Below, in pieces: positions 1 to 9,033 of a stretch of 25,679 nt of DNA. Within the stretch, counting starts at the first letter, position 1. The number at the start of each line of letters is the position of its first letter. Under the pieces are notes generated by a model, which worked only from the letters and a program-made list of their open reading frames with translations, was not told the origin of the DNA and did no database searches. Source of the DNA: a bacterium (GTDB lineage Bacteria; Hinthialibacterota; Hinthialibacteria; Hinthialibacterales; Hinthialibacteraceae); assembly GCA_034002445.1 (NCBI GenBank), contig JAVFAP010000001.1, positions 1 to 25,679 of the forward strand, read 5' to 3'. The position numbers were made by a program, and so were the translations under genes.

Positions 1-1
1 G

Positions 2-913
2 GAGATGGGTGATGTCGCCTTGGGATTTGATACTCTTGAAGAGTACATAACCAAGAATCCGTTTTTCGGGTGTGTCGTCGGCCGCTATGGCAACCGCATC
101 GCCAAGGGAAAATTTACCCTGGATGGCAAGGAATACTCGTTGTTTATCAACAACAACGAAAACCACTTGCATGGCGGCAAAAAGGGGTTCGATAAAGCGG
201 TCTGGAAAGCCGAAGCCCTTGAAGAAGACGGCAATTTCGGCGTACAGTTCAGCCACCACAGCCCCGATGGCGATGAAGGCTATCCTGGCAACCTGAATGT
301 GGTTGTGACCTACACCCTCTTCAACGACAACGCACTCAAGATTCATTACAACGCCATCACGGATAAACCCACCCCCATCAACCTGACCAACCACTGCTAT
401 TTCAACCTGGCGGGCGCGGGCAATGGGGATATTCTGGATCATGTCATGATGATCGACGCTGATGCCTACACCCCCACCGATAAGGGCCTGATCCCCACGG
501 GTGAAATCAGTCCGGTTAAAGGCACGCCCATGGATTTCACCACCCCAACCCGGATTGGCGATCGCATCGACGCTGATTTTGAAGCGCTAAATTTTGCGGG
601 CGGCTATGACCACAACTACGTTCTCAATAGCAAGGATGGCTCCCTGGCTTTCGCCGGCAAGGTAACCGAGCCCAAATCCGGGCGCATCATGGAATTCTTC
701 ACCACCCAGCCAGGAGTTCAGTTCTATTGCGGCAATTTCCTGGATGGCAGTGTTTCCGGCAAGGGCGGCAAAGTGTACAACAAACGCTATGGGTTCTGCC
801 TGGAAACCCAGCATTTCCCCGATTCGCCCAACAAACCCAATTTCCCCAGCTGCATCCTGAAACCGGGCGATATGTATGACCAGACAACGGTCTACAAATT
901 CTCGCACGAATGA
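2..913 (+). CDS. galM: Aldose 1-epimerase (galactose mutarotase), 5' end outside the window
   Basis: Mutarotase motifs GRYGNRI, NHLHGG, NLTNHCYFNL, GGYDHNY and GFCLETQHFPD. The frame is open from base 2 and lacks the usual N-terminus, so ATG at 5 is probably internal. Stop TGA at 911-913. Confidence 0.93.
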   Translation, partial: EMGDVALGFDTLEEYITKNPFFGCVVGRYGNRIAKGKFTLDGKEYSLFINNNENHLHGGKKGFDKAVWKAEALEEDGNFGVQFSHHSPDGDEGYPGNLNVVVTYTLFNDNALKIHYNAITDKPTPINLTNHCYFNLAGAGNGDILDHVMMIDADAYTPTDKGLIPTGEISPVKGTPMDFTTPTRIGDRIDADFEALNFAGGYDHNYVLNSKDGSLAFAGKVTEPKSGRIMEFFTTQPGVQFYCGNFLDGSVSGKGGKVYNKRYGFCLETQHFPDSPNKPNFPSCILKPGDMYDQTTVYKFSHE

Positions 914-931
914 TTCATCTTCCAGAAAACC

Positions 932-967
932 AAATCCCCAGGCCGTGCACGGCCTGGGGATTTTTTT
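932..967. terminator. Bidirectional intrinsic terminator between convergent galM and the GT2 gene
   Basis: AAATCCCCAGGCCGTGCACGGCCTGGGGATTT (932-963) is a perfect palindrome followed by a T7 run (961-967). An A-rich tract on the left gives a U-tract on the minus strand. Confidence 0.85.
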
Positions 968-984
968 CATCTCAGTAGCACGCC

Positions 985-1980
985 CTAGCGCCTGGTCAAT
1001 CCATACCGCACGAAAGCGGGCCAGCGCCGGAAATTGCGCAACGCCGCATGCAACATGCCAGTAAACCAAACGCCGTTGCGCAGCAGGATGGCGGGCACCG
1101 CCCGGAAGCAAAATCCCTGCGATTCGTTCGCTTTCAAATACTGCAAAAACTGGATATTCAACCCCAGGATTCCGCCAAGCAGGCCAAGCAATAACAATAC
1201 CCCCCACCCCACATCGACAAACAGCAAAGCCAGCCCAATGGGAATGCACCCAGTCAGCGCCAATTGTCCGCTCAGCCCCGTCTGATCCACCGTCCCCTCC
1301 GCAAAAAAGATCGGCGGGTATTTCATATAGGTTTCGACGACACTGGCCCCCCAGCCCCGTTGCTGCCGGGCATAGGCCCGCATCGTGGTGTGGAAATGGT
1401 GCCCCGCTCCAAGGGTTGGCTCCCACAGAATGCGGTCTGTTTCGGTCAGAAAATAGAAGAACTCCATATCTTCGTTCAAATAAATCTCAGGAAAGCCGCC
1501 CGCGCGCCAAAACGCCTCACGGCGGCAGCCAAAATTACACGAACTCGCCCAGCGGGGATGGCGGGGGGTGAACTGCTGATTGTACAACGTATCCCGGTAT
1601 TGAAACCGGGCCCAGAACGAGTGGGTCAGTGCGGTGTTGTAGCCACTACAAATACAAGCCATATCTGAATGGGCGGCAAAGAGGTGCGCGTAGCGTGCCA
1701 CCCAATCCAGCGGGGCGGCGCAATCCGCATCCAAAAACAGCAGTAGATCCGCTTGGCTTCGCGCCGCGCCCGCGTTGCGCGCGGCCCCGGGCCCCCCATT
1801 CTGTTCCATAGGGATGAGTGTGCAGGGATAGCGCCGCGCCACCGCCCGGGTGCCGTCCTGGCTGGCATCATCCACAACCAGAATGTCAAACGCGGGGCCC
1901 TGATTCGCCAGCAGCCGTTCCAGACACAGCCCAAGCGTAGCCTCGGCGTTATAGGCGGGAATGATCACGGCAATCTTCAT
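985..1980 (-). CDS. GT2 family glycosyltransferase with C-terminal membrane helices (331 aa)
   Basis: N-terminal VIIPAYN, VVDDAS, GPGAARNAG, FLDADC (DxD), NED and a QQRGW (QxxRW-like) motif, then hydrophobic helices. ATG at 1980 overlaps the upstream TGA (ATGA overlap), so I prefer it to the longer 2052 start. Confidence 0.9.
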   Translation of the reverse strand: MKIAVIIPAYNAEATLGLCLERLLANQGPAFDILVVDDASQDGTRAVARRYPCTLIPMEQNGGPGAARNAGAARSQADLLLFLDADCAAPLDWVARYAHLFAAHSDMACICSGYNTALTHSFWARFQYRDTLYNQQFTPRHPRWASSCNFGCRREAFWRAGGFPEIYLNEDMEFFYFLTETDRILWEPTLGAGHHFHTTMRAYARQQRGWGASVVETYMKYPPIFFAEGTVDQTGLSGQLALTGCIPIGLALLFVDVGWGVLLLLGLLGGILGLNIQFLQYLKANESQGFCFRAVPAILLRNGVWFTGMLHAALRNFRRWPAFVRYGLTRR

Positions 1981-3080
1981 CGCTTCCACCAATAGCGCAG
2001 CACGCGGGGATACAGCCGGGGGCGAAAGACGACATTGCACAAGTTGGCACACTCAAAGGTGCAGTGGCACTGGGTATCCCGTATCCAGCGCTGTTCCCGC
2101 CGACTGGACGCACCCTGCCGGATCGCCCGCAGATCATAATTCATTTGTCGTAAATCCCCCACATCATGAGTTTCGCCTTCTTTCGCCCATAGAATCTCGC
2201 AGGGCCGGACCGCGCCTCGTTCATCGATGGTGATCAATTGCTTGGCGGCGACACAGGGCACCACCATTTGGTCCTGGTGCAGGATATGGGTGTTGATGTC
2301 GTACATCACCTTGGCGACCGCCGCGAAGAGACCAGCCACCCCCGAGGCGCCCCGCTTGCGGCGTTGTTTCAAATAGGTCATCGCCTCATCATAGGCTTGG
2401 ATGCTGGCTTCGAGCGCCTGGGGATCCTTGGCGTCCCCCCGGACAAACGTAAAGGTATGGTCATCCACCGCCATCTCATCAGCCACATAGTCGATCAACG
2501 CAATGACATGATCCTGGTTGAACGCGCAGAATGTGCTGCCCACCTCGAGGGTCAAGCGAGGATTCTCATCCCGAATCGCCCGCAGGGCTTCATACACAGC
2601 CAGGCACTTAGCCCAGTTCCCCGGCACACCCCGAATCTGGTCATGCCGCTCCCCCACCCCATCCAGCGAGAGCGTGAGTTTGACCCGCAACCGCGGATTT
2701 GCGCTGAGCAGAGCCCCGACTTGCTTGACAACCGCATCCCGTAACAGGCCATTGGTGGAAATGTTGACAAAGCGGACGCCGCTGTGGGTGTAGAAGGCCT
2801 GCACAATGGCGGCCAGATCGGGGCGCAAGAAGGGCTCGCCCCCGCCGATGGACAGATACAGAATGCCGCGCATGGATTGGGCGATGCGCTGATATTCCTC
2901 CAGGCTCAGTTCCGCATGCTGGGCCGCGTCCTCGATCCGCTGCCAATAAAAACAGGTGTGGCAGCGGGCATTGCAGCGCGCGGTGACAAACAGAATCACA
3001 TACCGGTACGAGGGGGACACCAGCATCCGCAAACCGTGCAGCCAAAACCGGAGATTGGATAAATATTTTTCCAGAACCAT
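1977..3080 (-). CDS. Radical SAM protein with a SPASM-like C-terminal domain (367 aa)
   Basis: CNARCHTC (CxxxCxxC), [14 protein letters not shown] and SLDG motifs. C-terminal C-x12-G-x4-C followed by [17 protein letters not shown] lies upstream of the ATG. Confidence 0.9.
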   Translation of the reverse strand: MVLEKYLSNLRFWLHGLRMLVSPSYRYVILFVTARCNARCHTCFYWQRIEDAAQHAELSLEEYQRIAQSMRGILYLSIGGGEPFLRPDLAAIVQAFYTHSGVRFVNISTNGLLRDAVVKQVGALLSANPRLRVKLTLSLDGVGERHDQIRGVPGNWAKCLAVYEALRAIRDENPRLTLEVGSTFCAFNQDHVIALIDYVADEMAVDDHTFTFVRGDAKDPQALEASIQAYDEAMTYLKQRRKRGASGVAGLFAAVAKVMYDINTHILHQDQMVVPCVAAKQLITIDERGAVRPCEILWAKEGETHDVGDLRQMNYDLRAIRQGASSRREQRWIRDTQCHCTFECANLCNVVFRPRLYPRVLRYWWKR

Positions 3081-3226
3081 ACGCAGCGCCTTCTCTTTTC
3101 CATGGCTCGCAAGATGGTTTCAGAATGTACACCCAAACCCAAAAAACAACAACAGCCACCAAGCGGGCAGACCATACCTTGCCGGACAGGCATCCAAACT
3201 TCCACAAAGAAAGCGAAAATTATGGG

Positions 3227-3255
3227 TTGTAATTATGCCTAATTCAGGGTATAAC
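3227..3255 (+). promoter_or_regulatory. Putative sigma70 promoter of the ferredoxin gene
   Basis: TTGTAA (3227-3232), 17 bp spacer, TATAAC (3250-3255). Confidence 0.6.
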
Positions 3256-3315
3256 CGTATCCAAGAGCGTAGAAGAGCGTCAGTCGTCCCACGCGCGAAA
3301 AAAGGAGATAAAAAA

Positions 3316-3624
3316 ATGGCTTATGTTGTATGTGAACCCTGCGTAAATTGTAAATATGGAGATTGTGCAGAGGTGTGTCCGGTCGAATGTTTTTATGAAG
3401 CGGAGGAATCACTCTATATCAATCCCGATGAGTGCATCGATTGCGATGCCTGCGCCCCGGTTTGCCCCGTCAACGCGATCTTCCCCGAAGATGAAGTCCC
3501 CAGCCAGTGGGAAGCCTACATCGAAAAAAACGCGACCTTTGATTTTAAAGAAGAACTGCGCCGGAACTCCAAGGATGATGTGACTCACGGTCCCAATTGG
3601 GATCCCGAAGTCGCCGGCCAATAA
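3316..3624 (+). CDS. fdxA: Ferredoxin, 7Fe ([3Fe-4S][4Fe-4S]) FdxA / Azotobacter FdI type (102 aa)
   Basis: [28 protein letters not shown] and [12 protein letters not shown] match the FdI cysteine spacing. SD AAAGGAG at 3301-3307. The longer ORF from 2956 is a spurious upstream extension. Confidence 0.92.
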   Translation: MAYVVCEPCVNCKYGDCAEVCPVECFYEAEESLYINPDECIDCDACAPVCPVNAIFPEDEVPSQWEAYIEKNATFDFKEELRRNSKDDVTHGPNWDPEVAGQ

Positions 3625-3644
3625 AATCGATTCCAGCCATCCCC

Positions 3645-3675
3645 AAAAGAGCAGGCAACCCCGCCTGCTCTTTTT
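3645..3675. terminator. Bidirectional intrinsic terminator between fdxA and the sialidase gene
   Basis: AAAAGAGCAGGC-AACCCC-GCCTGCTCTTTT(T): a 12-bp perfect stem with A and T tails between convergent genes. Confidence 0.85.
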
Positions 3676-3690
3676 CATTCCCCGTGTCTT

Positions 3691-4836
3691 CTATTCTTTG
3701 TCTGCCTGGCCCTCCATCACCCATTCCCGGCTGAATCGGGCGAAGCGGATACTTTCGTAGGGATGGGTTTCCCCGCCTTCATACAAACAGCCAATTTCCC
3801 CATTAGGCAAGACACACAAACAGGAGTAGGCACTGGGGCCTGGATGCAGCACCCGGGCGTGGTCCCAGTCCTGCCCCTCGTCGGCGCTAAGCCGCACCGT
3901 CATCAGAACGCGAGACGAAACGTGGGCGGGGTTGGAAAACAGCACCCAAGGCTCACCTGCCTGCCCCACCGGCGCGTACCGCAGCAGGCTGGCTTGGCAG
4001 CGGGGCTCGATCAGCGTGGTATCGTAGCGCAACGGCTGCCAGTTTGCCCCGCCATCCCCGCTGGTGGCGATGGCCCGCGCCACGGCGGAATTGTTCTGGG
4101 CGCGACGCATATTGAGCAGCAGGGTACCGTCCCGGCGCTCGATCACCTGGCACTCGTTCACGCCGTCCTCGGTCACTCCACCAATCGCCCAGGTCTGACC
4201 CTGGTCATCCGAGTAGATGATGTGGGAAAAATAGCCGACCGCATCCCCCTTCGTTTTGTGATCACAGGGAATCACCAGTCGGCCCTTGTGCGCGCCGGTT
4301 TGGAGTTGGATTCCCACCCCCGGCCCTGTCGCGTACCAGGACCAATTTTCACGCTTGGCAGTGGCGGTGATCTCACGCGGTGCGGCCCAAGTAAACCCAT
4401 CATCCGTGCTGGAGGTAACCCACACGGTGCGTGTGCCCTCGCTGGTCCCCGCGATGATTTCGGCTTCGGAATCCTGCCCCAGGTTATGGGTGAGCAACAA
4501 CCAGAGAGTCCCGCTCTGTTCATCGATCACCGGGCAGGGATTGCCGCAGGTATGGGGGCCATCATCCCATACCACCTGGGGCTCGCTCCAGGTCTGGCCG
4601 CCATCGCGGGAACAGCGCAGGAGCAGATCAATATCTCCTGTATCGGAAGCACTGGCCCGCCGCCCTTCGCAAAACGCCAGCACCGTACCCTGTGGAGAAA
4701 CAATCACGGAGGGTATGCGGTAAGTATCATAGCCCCCCTGACCACTGACAAAGACCTCCACCGTCACCGGCTCCGCCCCCACCGATACCAACAATACCAG
4801 GCTCAGCATCCATACCCCCATCAACCAACGGTTCAT
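3691..4836 (-). CDS. Secreted exo-alpha-sialidase, GH33 (BNR/Asp-box beta-propeller)
   Basis: Signal peptide MNRWLMG...VSVGA, YRIP motif, five Asp-boxes ([40 protein letters not shown]), NECQ and SAYS (catalytic Glu/Tyr positions). ATG 4836 is preceded by GAAAGGA; an alternative TTG start lies at 4890. Confidence 0.88.
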   Translation of the reverse strand: MNRWLMGVWMLSLVLLVSVGAEPVTVEVFVSGQGGYDTYRIPSVIVSPQGTVLAFCEGRRASASDTGDIDLLLRCSRDGGQTWSEPQVVWDDGPHTCGNPCPVIDEQSGTLWLLLTHNLGQDSEAEIIAGTSEGTRTVWVTSSTDDGFTWAAPREITATAKRENWSWYATGPGVGIQLQTGAHKGRLVIPCDHKTKGDAVGYFSHIIYSDDQGQTWAIGGVTEDGVNECQVIERRDGTLLLNMRRAQNNSAVARAIATSGDGGANWQPLRYDTTLIEPRCQASLLRYAPVGQAGEPWVLFSNPAHVSSRVLMTVRLSADEGQDWDHARVLHPGPSAYSCLCVLPNGEIGCLYEGGETHPYESIRFARFSREWVMEGQADKE

Positions 4837-5002
4837 ACGCCGATCCTTTCTATCATCCAGTAAGGTTCGCATCCTTTCTACCATAAACAACCCAGTAAAT
4901 CAATATAGGGAGGTAGGGAGTGGATAAGGGACAATAAGAAATGAATAATATAACAATTCTTTTTGTTGTTGCTTAGAGTTATTAATACATAGTTTATGAG
5001 AG

Positions 5003-5043
5003 GGAGGGTGGGCTCAAAGCGAGCGAAGCGAGACTAGCCCTAC
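5003..5043. repeat. Degenerate GTAG-type REP-like palindrome
   Basis: The minus strand reads GTAGGGCTAGTCTCGCTTCGCTCGCTTTGAGCCCACCCTCC: a GTAG foot, an imperfect stem and an internal GCTTCGCTCGC. Only resemblance supports the call; genome-wide copy number cannot be seen. Confidence 0.35.
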
Positions 5044-5653
5044 CGTACCCCATTCATCAAACGCACCCACCCCAACCCATTATATCAATAAGCTTCGCCA
5101 ATCCCCCGGTATGGTAAATTCCGCGCCAGCGTACCCCCCAGGGTTCCATCCAGAGGACGGCCCCTCTGTGCCAATATAGAGTGAGACAATTCTTCGCTGG
5201 AAATTGGTGTAGAATAGGGGGCAGAGGAGTCAAATCCAAAACCGGTCCAGCAGAACTCACGATTGGAAGAATGTCCCATGCGATGCAGAACCTCAAAATA
5301 CAGCAAAGCGGACCGAGATGCTTATCCAGAAGCCAACCCGGATGCAGGGCAAGGAATCTCTCCCTTTTCTCCTTTTTTTACCTTCTTCCTGGTCAGCAAT
5401 AATAACTTACAATTCAAGTGTTTTTGGTTACAGTGTGACTACCATGCATATTGAAAATGGTAATCTGTTACATGATTTTTCTCAAGCCAAACCAACGGAT
5501 GGTTCCAGATTGATGATTGTCGATATTGCAGAAAATGGGAACCGTTTATTGCTCATGAAGAGGTCTGACACAAAAGAAGAAATACAACTCTGCGATATCA
5601 CCGACCTAAACGCAGCGGCCGAGGGTTCTTCCCTGTATCGATGCCGTGTTCTG

Positions 5654-5699
5654 CCCCCCGCTCCAGGGATGAATCCTGGGGGCGGAGGGATTTGGTTTT
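5654..5699 (+). terminator. Terminator-like GC-rich hairpin, better formed on the plus strand
   Basis: CCCCCCGCTCCAGGGATGAATCCTGGGGGCGGAGGG followed by ATTTGGTTTT. G-U pairs and the T-tract occur only in the plus-strand reading. Confidence 0.4.
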
Positions 5700-5716
5700 C
5701 ATCGCGGGGTTCCAGG

Positions 5717-6852
<1,136 letters not shown>

Positions 6853-6856
<4 letters not shown>

Positions 6857-8028
6857 AGCGTGATCTCCTTCCAGGGTAGCCCGTGGATATTCAGTTTGTC
6901 CATAAAAGGCGTGGGGTCGAATTCTTCCACGTTAAAGACCCCTTGGCCCTGCCATGTCTTTTGCAGCATCATCATCGCGCCGATCATGGCGGGCACCCCG
7001 GTGGTATACGAGACCGCTTGGGCCTGCACCTCCCGGTAGCACTCGGCATGGTCGCACACATTGTAGATCATCATTTTTTTGGGCTGGCCGTCTTTCACGC
7101 CTTCCATGATGCAGCCAATGCAGGTCTTGCCGGTATAATTGACTCCCAGCGAGCCGGGATCCGGCAGCACCGCCTTGAGGAACTGCAAGGGCACGATTTC
7201 CTGGCCTTCATACAGCACCGGTTCAATACTAGTCATCCCCACATTCTGCAACACCCGCAGGTGGTTGATGTAGTTTTCGCTGAAAGTCATCCAGAAGCGG
7301 ATGCGCTTGAGGCCCTTGATATGCTTCACCAGCGACTCTTCTTCCTCATGGTACAGCAAGTAGGCCTTGCGCACGCCAACTTCGGGAAAGTCAATATCTT
7401 TCGCGACCGACATGGGCTCGATCTCCACCCACTGTCCGTTTTCCCAGTACTTGCCCTTTTGAGTGATCTCGCGGATGTTGATCTCGGGGTTGAAATTGGT
7501 GGCGAAGGGGTGGCCGTGATCGCCAGCGTTGCAATCGACGATATCGACATAGTGAATTTCGTCAAAATGATATTTCTGGGCATAGGCGCAGAAAATGTTG
7601 GTCACGCCGGGGTCAAAACCACAACCCAGCAAGGCCATGATGCCTTTATGTTTGTATCGGTCCTGGTAGGCCCACTGCCACTTGTATTCAAACTTGGCTT
7701 CTTCCGGCGGCTCGTAGTTGGCGGTATCCAGGTAATCCACCCCAGTCTCCAGACAGGCGTCCATAATGGGCAAATCCTGGTAGGGCAGGGCGACATTGAG
7801 CACCAAGTCTGGCTTCACCCGCTGGATCAGCGCCACCATTTCCGGCACGTTATCCGCGTTCACCTGGGCGGTCTGGATAGGGCGGCTGATGCTTTTGGCG
7901 ATCGCTTCGCACTTGGCGAGGGTACGGCTGGCCAGACAAATCTCTTCAAACACATCGGGGACCTGCGCGCATTTCTGCGCCACCACATTCCCGACACCCC
8001 CGGCTCCGATAATAAGTACTTTACCCAA
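6853..8028 (-). CDS. Carboxy(nor)spermidine dehydrogenase, saccharopine dehydrogenase family (391 aa)
   Basis: IIGAGGVG Rossmann motif, NVALPYQD, YLDTANYE, GCGFDPG, FATNFNPEIN and SYTTGVPA. Coupled to nspC. TTG start with SD AAGGAG 7 nt upstream. Confidence 0.93.
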
Positions 8029-8082
8029 CGTTTTTCTCCTTTAGATCGGCCGCTGCAAGGCGGGCCATGATGTCCGCTTATA

Positions 8083-8110
8083 AATATATCACCTTAGCGC
8101 AGGATTTGAA
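8083..8110 (-). promoter_or_regulatory. Putative promoter of the dehydrogenase-nspC operon
   Basis: Minus strand TTCAAA, 16 bp spacer, then an extended -10 TGaTATATT. Confidence 0.5.
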
Positions 8111-8409
8111 TTGGTTAAAGAAAAAATCGGGCAGGAATGTTCTTGGGTGGCCGGTGCAAGGGGCACAAATTCACCAAACAACCCCGTTCTCCGCCCCTTT
8201 CCGGTCCCGCGAAACCAGGTGGGGCCTTCCTGCAAAAAAAGGTGGAAAAAACCTGGGGGCGGAACCGTGGCGGCGAGAATGGCGTCCTGACCAAAACCCC
8301 CGGCAATTTTTCCGACTTTCCCCCCTCGAATGACTTCTCTTTTTGGAAAATTCAACTAAATTTTAGAGCGGTTTATCAACACATCCCTGTTTTGATCTTG
8401 GCATGCGTT

Positions 8410-8418
8410 TGGTATCAT
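8410..8418 (+). promoter_or_regulatory. Putative extended -10 promoter of pdaD-speB
   Basis: TGgTATCAT about 60 nt upstream of the pdaD ATG. The same TTGGTATCAT occurs upstream of the methyltransferase gene. Confidence 0.45.
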
Positions 8419-8480
8419 ACCTCCTGCTGGCGCTCCACCAGCACCATCCTTCGAAATGATTGTGGAAGTAACAAAACACG

Positions 8481-9029
8481 ATGAGAATCATCCCCAAAAA
8501 AGCTTTTTTAGTCAAAGGCCTGGGCTGCCACAAGGATAAGCTGGCCTCTTTCGAGGATGCGTTGCGAAACGCGGGAATCGCTCCCTACAATCTCGTTTAC
8601 GTTTCCAGTATTCTGCCCCCCAAATGTGAATTAATTTCCGCCGAAGAAGGCTTGAAAGAACTCTCCCCAGGCCAGATCGTCCATTGCGTCATGTCGCGTA
8701 TCGAGACCAACGAACCCAGCCGCCTCATCGCCGCTGCCATCGGTGTCGCGGTGCCGAATGGTCAGGAACGCTATGGCTATATTTCCGAGCACCATAGCTA
8801 CGGCCAAACCGCTTCCGAAGCCGGGGATTACGCGGAAGACTTGGCCGCGACCATGCTGGCCACCATTCTCGGGATTGATTTCGATCCAGACGAAGCCTGG
8901 GACGCCCGCAAGGATCACTTTGTCGCGAGCGGAGAAATTATCAACACCAACGCCATTTGTGTCGACGCCGAAGGGGTCGAGGACGGCCGCTGGACCACGG
9001 TGCTGGCCGCCGCCGTATTTGTCTATTAA
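8481..9029 (+). CDS. pdaD: Pyruvoyl-dependent arginine decarboxylase (182 aa)
   Basis: LASFEDALRNAGIAPYNLVYVSSILPP with the Ser-Ser autocleavage site, IAAAIGVA, YGYISEHH and WTTVLAAAVF. Confidence 0.93.
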   Translation: MRIIPKKAFLVKGLGCHKDKLASFEDALRNAGIAPYNLVYVSSILPPKCELISAEEGLKELSPGQIVHCVMSRIETNEPSRLIAAAIGVAVPNGQERYGYISEHHSYGQTASEAGDYAEDLAATMLATILGIDFDPDEAWDARKDHFVASGEIINTNAICVDAEGVEDGRWTTVLAAAVFVY

Positions 9030-9033
9030 AGCG

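Noticed and set aside
2956-3315. N-terminal extension of the ferredoxin ORF in the ORF track
   Set aside because: It overlaps the divergent radical SAM gene and spans the promoter; the strong SD at 3301-3307 marks the real start at 3316.
5145-5172. CCATCCAGAGGACGGCCC superficially like the start of a SAM-I riboswitch
   Set aside because: The kink-turn, GCAACC and closing P1 elements are missing; only a 6-bp hairpin (5151-5168) is present.
6883-8070. Long antisense ORFs (e.g. 3763-4863, 6883-8070, 10248-11018, 21635-22636, 24523-25095)
   Set aside because: Shadow frames of well-supported genes, expected from GC-rich third-position bias; no recognisable motifs or SD sites.
8174-8186. 13-mer CCAAACAACCCCG shared with 22771-22783, plus other CA-rich intergenic tracts
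   Set aside because: Low complexity; a few 13-mer repeats are expected by chance in 25 kb, and the flanking genes have no common function.
8398-8414. TTGGCATGCGTTTGG resembling a sigma54 -24/-12 promoter
   Set aside because: The invariant -12 GC is not at the required distance from the GG; an extended -10 explains the site better.
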